Positions 54,001-63,000 of a DNA stretch of 64,000 nucleotides are shown here, one piece after another (the stretch's first letter is position 1; every line of letters begins with the position of its first letter). This DNA is from Guillardia theta CCMP2712 (lineage: Eukaryota; Protista; Cryptophyta). The stretch spans positions 458,531 to 522,530 of the forward strand of contig NW_005434634.1 in the NCBI RefSeq assembly GCF_000315625.1. The letters run 5' to 3'. The notes under the pieces were generated by a model that searched no databases, was not told the origin of the DNA, and was given only the letters and a program-made list of their open reading frames with translations. Both the position numbers and the translations under genes were made by a program.

Positions 54001-57000
54001 CTTTTCCATCACAGAACGAGATCAATATTCGAACCAAAGGACTCTTGGTGGCAATGGTAATATCATTTCAATCTTCTTCAATGTAGAGAATCCATCAGAC
54101 ATCTTGCAAGGGGACATTCAAGATAACATGGATGGTACCTACCGGTTTCAATATACTGCAAATTCTATTGGAACAATCGGGATTTCAGTTTTGTATGCTA
54201 ATGTGCATGTATATCAGAGTCCTTTCAGGGTAATTATAAAAGAGAAAGCTGATCTGCCGGTAGCTTCAATGACAACAGCCAATGGACCAGGGCTGGGTGG
54301 AAGCATTGCAGGATGCCCAAGTCTGACTGCAACGACCTGTCCTATGTCAGCAGGTGAAATTTATGTAACCTTACGAGACAGGGATAATGTAAGGATAAAT
54401 TATCTTCTTGAAGGCCTGCTATTGATCGCATCCTGGACCTCGCCAAGTGGAACCATCACATCCACGTACTTTAGAGATGGCCAGTGGCTAGTAAGCTACA
54501 AAACTACAGTGGCAGGAACTTACAGTATTGCAATCAACTTGAATGGCAGCCAGATTTCAAACAGTCCATTTCAGATCTTCGTAAACGCAGCCGATGCCCT
54601 TCCTTCAATCACTCGAGCAAGGATTCCATATTCCAGTATCTGTACAGCAGGAGCTTTGGGATCGATGGTAGTTGAGGCTAAAGACTTATATGGAAACATC
54701 AAAGTATATGATCTGGTGAAACCTACAGATAGTGTATCTGGCACATTTTCAGGACCTGATGTTTTCCAGGCTACCACTTTTCTTGAGAAGTCATCTGGAC
54801 TATTTACCTTGCAATGGGTTGCTAAAACAAGCGGGACGTACAACCTGACAGTCAACCTCAACGGCAACGAAATATGGGGAAGTCCATATGTGGTTGTTGT
54901 GTTGCCCGGAGAGATGGTATCATTCAATACACAGACTTACGGCATCGGGAAAGACTTGGCAACTGCGGGTCTCCTTGCCTCATTTCTAATACAAATACGA
55001 GATCAATTCGACAATCCAACAGTACCTTCCGAACCATCAGATGTTGCAACTTTTTACGCATTCCTAGAAAGTCGGGGTCTGACCGAGAAATCTGCAGTTT
55101 TCCCCAGTTGTAGGGAAAATGTGACTTGTTTCGGTCACGGTCAATGCATACAACAGTCTGGTTCCAGTCAAGGGTGCCAATGTCAAGACGGGTTTGATGG
55201 CTCCAATTGTAACATATGTTCACCAAATTGGTATGGACCTGACTGTAAGACATTCGGCTGGCCATGCGATAATTGTGGTGGACGAGGATTCTGTTCGGAC
55301 GGTGGAACTACATGCAATTGCGGAAAGAATTTCATTGGAGCGAAGTGCGAGGGGTGCGCACCAGGATTCTATGGAACCGGTTGTGATAAGTTTTGTGATG
55401 ATTTTATAACTTGTGGAGGAAGGGGATATTGTAACAAGAACGGCGACTGTGTTCTACAAAAAATTCATGCTGTCCTCCGAAGATCTGAGTCCGAATCTCA
55501 ACTTATCGCCGAATACAATGCAACCATATCAGGCAGTTATGCTTTATTTGTGCTGTATGGGCAATGTTCCTTCGAAACTGAACTACCTGATCAATGCGTT
55601 GGAGCCATGCACGCAAAAGGAAGTCCTTACACAGTTACAGTAGTTCCAACAATCTTCAGCGCAGAAAATTCAGAGGTAATTGGTGATGGTTTGAGCATTT
55701 CCACCTCTGGTGTCCTCGCTACTTTTATAGTGAGGTCGCGCGATACCTTTGGAAACCTTCGATCCAAGGGAGGTGAGTCGTTAAGAATTTTGCTAATAGG
55801 AACACAGACTTTGAAAATCTCCTATACTGATAATTTGGATGGACAGTATAATGCCTCCTACGTCCCTATATTAGCTGGTGATTACTTGATTTATATCAGA
55901 TACGGAAACCTCTTAGTGGGTCGTCAATCAAATTCTGGAGGTCAGATCATACCAGATTACCAAGTGCATGTATTTGCTGGAAACATTTCAGGCTTGAATT
56001 GTACTGCAAGAAGCCTTACCATAATCAAAGTTGGAAATCCTATAATTGTGTCAATTCAGGCCCGCGATTTTTACGGATCTGCACGTGAAGTTGGTGGAGA
56101 TAGGTTTATTGTGCACATGTTTTTTGATACTTCAAATAGGACATCCACTGCTGTCGACGATGGGAGTGGAAAGTATTCTGACAGCTTTTACCCACTTGAT
56201 ACAGGAAGATTTGAAATACAAATATTTTTCGTGACCACTGAGGATAATCTTATCCAAGTTTCGGGAAGTCCCATCCTAGGTAACGTAATAGCTGGAGATC
56301 CTGATATAAACATGTCTTTTGTTTCTTTGTCTGGCGCAACAGAAGGATCTTGTTTGGCATCAAAAGTTTGGGACATCAATGTTGGGCAATCGTTCAGTAT
56401 GTATGTGATCTATGTCGATCAAGGTCAAAATTTGATCAAAATAATGCCCGATTTTGTGCCTCCAACAATTTCTTTCAAGCAGACTCTCTGTTCATTTTGC
56501 AACTGCAATTCAACGGTGCCAAATGCTTCCCTGTCTAAAGCGTTTACAAGGGCTCCATCTTCAAAATATATCATTTTTGATTGGAAATTTACTCGTTCAG
56601 GCATATATCATGTTGATATTACGATTCATTCTGCGCATATATTCCAAAATGTAGAAGGGAAAGCTTGTAACAGTACAAAAGTAATAAGTCAAAATATTCC
56701 TGGAAGTCTTACTACATGTGACTTGATGAGAAGTCCTTTCACATTTCGAGTCCAGGCTTCGCGAATCCAAGCAGATCACTCTACAGCAAACGGCGGCGGT
56801 CTAGCAGACTATATATTAGGGGACACTGCACAAGAGCGAGCATTCTATATCTATCCACGCGATGCTTATGGCAATCAACCAGATCAACAGCAGATGGAAG
56901 ACCAGCTCAACAGCGTCGAGGTGTCGTTGATATGGCCTAGTTCTATTAGCATGTGTTCTCTTTCTGTACAGAGTACAGAATACACATGTACGTACGTGAC

Positions 57001-60000
57001 AACGACTGCTGGCAGTTACATGGTTCGTGTACTGGTAAGCTCTGTTGAGATATCTGACAGCCCTTTTCATTTTTTGGTCGAACCTGGCGAACCTTTTCAA
57101 AACACCACATCAATCGACCTGCAGGAGGGCCAAGGATATCTCCTTGGGACAGCGGTTACCATTCTCATCACGATCCGAGACAAGTATTGGAATCTCAGGT
57201 CTACGAACTTTGATTCGGTTCGTCGACTAGAGAATAATGCATATGGAGACGATAAAATGATAGTTTTTCAGAACTACTTCACAACTGTTTGCAATGGATC
57301 GTCATGTATGAGAGTTTCTGGTACAGACTTTGTCTTCATGGACATGGACTCTCGCGGAACTAAGTACACTGTGTCCAAAGTGTCCTCGAGTGGGGAATAC
57401 TCATTATCATTCAGACCTAGTGGGGCCAATAGAAGTACTTTCAATCTTCTAATTTGCGATCGTCTATGTTGTGAAAATGAAACGAAATGCCCTGTTCTTG
57501 ATGTTTGTAAACAGAAAGGCGATTGTGAACAAGCATTTTGCTTTGTGGCTACAAGTCTTCAAAGTCGGATCCACCATCCCTGCAAGGGAATGAAAGACTC
57601 AAAAAATAATTACAGTCCATTTACCCTCTTCCCATTCACCACCTATGGGGGAACGAGAGCAGCAACTTCGATAGCCTTGGGAAGTGATATCATAAGTACG
57701 GGATCAACGCCATACATAATGCACACCGCAGGAAATCCAGTCACATTTACTATCAGAGCTATGGATGAATTTGGAGTCCAGGCAAGTTCAGGTGGTGATA
57801 AGTGGCTCATTACAATCGTTAGATATGATACAACTAGTGGAGATGCGATCTCAACCAACATTCTTTCCACCATTACTGACAATGGTAATGGACTGTATGA
57901 TTGCAAATATGTCATGACACTCTCTGGTCCATACTTTTTGGAAATCAAACATGCAGATATTGACAATCGAACTGGAATTGTAAGAGCTCCCATGCAAATC
58001 AAAAATAGTCCGTTCTTTAATCTGGTATCTCTTCCGAATTCCACGCAAGCTGATAAAAGTACATTGCAAATAGTTACCTTGTTCACATGTGGGATTTCAT
58101 CAACATTTCTCCTACAGACCTACGACACGTTTGACAACAAGCAGTTGTATGCTTCCACTTCTCTCCCACAAAGTATAAATAAATACAAAGATTACATCTC
58201 CGCTAGATTTGTTTTGGGCGAGGTGTTTGTGACAGCCTCAATCAAAAATTATCCGGTATGTGCTCCCAACCCCATTTTGAGCGCTGATATTCTTTGTACG
58301 CCATTTGTTTTGGAGGGATTAATCACAGTATCTGGAAATTATAAACTGATCATCGAGGTGAATATGCAAGTTATCTCTAAGATCGACTTTTCAATCCAAG
58401 TATCACCAGGATTACCAAACCCCCAATCCTTCTTGCTCAGCGGCACGGGCATACAGCAATCTGTAGCTGGTGTGATTTCTACATTTTCGCTGAGATTGTT
58501 AGATTCGTTTTCCAATCGTGTATTCATATCGGTGGCTGTAGCTTCAGCAAAAATTGTTGGATCCATCAATGGTGGGTCCTACTCTTGCTACCGGGCAGAT
58601 GACAGTCTCTGCGTAGACCCAACTCCAATCTCCACGTCACTGAGCATTTCTCCCTCACAGCCTGCAAACTTTCTGGAAACTGAGACAAAGTATAGTGATT
58701 GGATACTGACGTACAATTGTACTAGGGCAGGTAACCATTCGTTGCAAATGTGGTACGATAATGCAGGAATTTCTAATTCTCCATTTACACTAGAGGTGTT
58801 AAATAACGTAGTGGATTCGAAAATTTCATCAGTTATGCGATTTGAAACATCTGACATTCAGAGTGGATCTAATCAACATTTCTATGTGTACACCCGAGAT
58901 TTGTATGGAAATCTTGTAACAAACTTCTACGGCACATTCAGTGTTTTATTGTTTGGTCCATCTTCCATGACAGGGACCTTGTCATCCACTGCTGAATTTG
59001 GCATTTTTGGGTGTTCACTCACGCCAACTGTGAGTGGATCTTACCGTCTTACTGTGAAGCTGATTGATTCTCACATAAGCGGTAGTCCAATGAATTTGAC
59101 TGTGATTGCAGGAATGGCGAGTGCGCCTCGTTGTTCTATCGTAACCTCCCCAGGTGTTGGAACAGTGGGTATTGCATCCTCAATATATTTTCAGGCACAT
59201 GATTCCTACAACAATAAAATTTTGACGGGTGGAGACATATTTTTGGCTGAAATCACGGATCCTAAATTTGCACGTACGATCGTTGTGCCAGCCGATTTGA
59301 ACGATGGTATGTACAGACTGACCTTTGCCTCAAGTGTAACAGGACGACACAATGTTACCATCACTCTAGGAGGCTCGCATATATTTGGAAGTCCCTTAAG
59401 CATGCTGATCGACTCAGGAGCACTTGATTTGGGTCAAACGTTGATAGTATTTCGATCGACAACCGAAGCTGGAACTCCTCTTCGAATATCAGTCCTTCCA
59501 AGGGATGCTTATGCAAACGAGAAGTCTCAAGCAGATCTGATGCTTTACTTGCTTACACTTGTGACTTCGATTCAATTAGAATTCAATTCCAACGCAGTCT
59601 TCTATGAATATCCTGACAGCAAGTACTCGTACGACGGCTATGTCACATATACCCGCTCAGGACAGTATACCGTCCAATTAAAAGCACTTCAAGTCAATTC
59701 TGCCGGTATTTCAGAGATGCAGGAGTTGTCGAGTTCCCCGATTCTCATCACATGCAACCCATCTCTTCCAAATGAAACAAAATCGTTTGCTTTTGGGCAA
59801 GGAACCTCAAGGTACTGCATGCCAACTGTACCTGATGTTCTCTGACTTTTTTCCCAGGTTAATAGCAGGTCGAAATGGATCATTTACAATTGTTGCAAAA
59901 GATGAATACTCAAACAATCTTACACGAGGAGGTGACCCTTTCATTTTCTGGTTGATTTACACGAATCCAGTAATCCGAATGAATCAGACTGTCCATGACT

Positions 60001-63000
60001 TACAGAATGGGTTATATCAATCCTACTTTGTATTGACAGCAGCCGGAATCTACAATGTTGAAATTCGACTTGCAGGAAGTCATATTTCTGGGTCTCCATT
60101 CACTGTTCTTGTCGACCCAGCTTCAGTTGATCCATGGAAGACAATTCTCTATGGATCGGGTGTATATGGCGTATCCCTGGGGAAGGAATCCTACTTTGAT
60201 GTTCAATTGTCTGATGGATATGGAAATGCCGTCAAAGGCTCGAAAGGCGACGTAGAGACACTACTGGATGATTCAAAATCCATTTCCCTTCCCTCGTCTT
60301 CAGTTCAACCTAATGGCATGATTCGGTGTACATTCTCCGGCCTGATATTAGGCAACTATAGACTTTACATATATGTGTACAACATCAGTATCCCATCAAA
60401 TCCAATCTCAGGTCTGGTGGTCCTTGGTCCAGGAAATCCGAGCCCGGCTAATAGTATATTTACAGCTGGACAAACTTTCACGTTCACAGCAGGAATAGAA
60501 AAAATGTTCATTTTGGAACTGAGGGATTCCTTGGGCATCAAGATAGACAATGGAAATTACATATCTTCCATCTCGTTGGAGTTTGATGTATCTCCAGGAT
60601 ATTCTCTTCCACAACTGATCAAAGAGCCATTACCCAACGAAGATGGAACTTATAATATTTGGATTCCGTCTTCTTTGACTCGAGCAGGGGATTACCGACT
60701 GCGGGTATATATTTCAAACGGTGAGATGAATAGAAGCCCATTCAATTTGACCGTACTATCAACAGCAGCAGACGCACAAGCCTGTAGAGTGCGTCCTATG
60801 GCTCTTGGGGGTGTATACACCTTGTCCACAGCCGGGGTTACCGGTCAATTCCTGCTTGACATATTCGACAGTTTTGGGAACACAGTTCGCTACGATCCTA
60901 CGATAGATATAGGTCTGAAAGCCAAGATGATCGGTCCTGCACAAACCTTAATCAAAACGATCAACTTTTATTCAGGACTTTGGGAAATCGATTATGTCGG
61001 GACACGTAGCGGAGAGTATCAGATGGAAATAACGATTGCCGACTTGCATGTACGACAATCACCCTTCGTCATCACTGTGCAGCATGCGGAGATTAATCCA
61101 TCCAGTTCTTTGGTCAACCTGACTCAACTTCTCACAGCTGGGACGATGCATGTGTTCTCAATTCAAAGCAAGGACGCGTATGATAATGAGGTCGATACCA
61201 ATGGTGCACCCATTCTTGCTGTTTCTATAGCTGATCCGCAGTTCTTTTCTGTATCAGATATCTCTCGCATTCAGCCAACCAGCGCAACGGTCAAATATCG
61301 TGCACGGGGTCTTTATCAAGGAACGCTTACCATGACGAAAAGTGGTAGTTTCCTGTTCAATATTCAGTACAATTCAATACATTTACAAGGAAGCCCTTTT
61401 GGAATTACCGTGAACCCTTCACATATTGAAGGTGGTATGTGTGTTTCTATTGGCAGCGGGATACAAGCAGCAATCAGCGGCGAAATAGCCACCTTCACAA
61501 TACTTGCTTACGACCGCTTTAGCAACAAGTTCATCGCAGGAGGAGAGAAGTTTGAAAGCACTCTACGGCCATCCAATTGCATAGACCAGGGTTGTAATGT
61601 ATTAGATACTGTGAAAGTCTATGACCAAAATGATGGCTCTTACTTGGGTTTCTATCAGGCTGGGAACCCAGGTGAATATCTAATGACAATTCAAGTCAAC
61701 ATGAAGGGACTAAAGGGATCCCCCTACCGCATCCAGATTGGAAGCCCGTACCCACCAATTCCATCGGTATCATGGATGTCAGGAACAGGAGGGGAAATCG
61801 AGGTTGAATTTGACATTGCAACTGACATGGGGGGAATTTCTGGCTCTGTCACATGTGACTTTTTCTTTCAAAAAATTACCTCAGACAAGTTTGGGACAGA
61901 CTGTACTTCATTTTGGTCAACACCAAGAACTTTGATGGTGCGCCTGGGGGCAGGTGCCACGATCCTTCCGGGAAATGACTTGAATCTTGCATCGGACCGA
62001 ATCAGAAATAAAAGACAAACTTCATATTTTACCAGTGGCAGTGTGAGATTACAGGCGCCATTGCAGCCGTTGACACCCATACTAATCATTGATGGGCCCT
62101 CGTTTATTAGCTCATGTGATATTCTTGTACTCGACGCGAGGATGTCTCAGGGGGGGGGGGGGAGAAATCTGAATTTTCAATGGGGAATCATTCCAGGTGG
62201 AGATATTGAACAATTGTTAATGGCATCTATACAGGAGCAGAACATAAACGTCCTATGCCCTGATTGGGTCGATCCGTTGTCTAAGAGCATCTGTCAAGCA
62301 CCTATCCTACAACTTGATCCGAAAATAATGGCTGACGGTGGTGAATATACCTTTTTGCTTACTGCCACAAATTTTTTCGATCAAATATCAACAGTACAGC
62401 ACAGAGTCACCAAGGTGCCCAATGATGGAATGCCAATACTTTCGATCCAAGGTGAATCCACCCTCAGTGTAAACCCAGACGAAGACAATACAATCCGTTT
62501 ATCTGTACAGTCATCAAGCTGCGGCAGCAATAATCTATCCTTTGCATGGACTCTTGTTTCTGCTTCAGGTATAGTTCTGCTCAAGAATATAGATCTGAAT
62601 CAAAGGAGACTTTTCATCCCCAAGAATTCTCTTCAAGGAGGATCACAGTACACATTTATGGCGGAACTGAGCAGTCACCAATTCAATGAAACTATGACTA
62701 CAAATACAACAATTCTGATAATCACGTCCGAGATATCTGCGATTGCTGCCATTTCTGGTGGAAGTCGTACATCATCTGTTGCAGATTTGAGCACTTTTTC
62801 TCTACAACTATTTGGAAACATAGCCTACGAATCAGTTTCAAGAATTGAATGGTATTGCGAGCCATCACCGTGCTTCTTAGATGTCTACAACAGTATTTCT
62901 GTAGATGGACGAACATTTGCAATAGCACCCTTTTCGATTCTACCAGGCTTGTACAGACTGATTGCAGCCGTGACAATGCAGCAGGGAAGTATCTCGGTGC

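Larger units (their letters stand above)
45170..61740 (+). repeat. Protein-level tandem array of ~44 filamin/ABP280-type Ig repeats
   Basis: Consensus GxGL..AG....FxIxxxDxxGN....GGD.F....D..DGxYxxxYxxxxxGxYxxxV....(H/P)IxxSPF. I counted 44 D-x-(F/Y)-G-N-type motifs by eye from DNFG (~45230) to DRFSN (~61515). Confidence 0.88.

Noticed and set aside
499-59845. Reading the five long ORFs as an operon or cluster of separate giant genes
   Set aside because: There is no intergenic DNA, the junctions fall mid-domain with motifs continuing in register, and two junctions are canonical spliceosomal introns.
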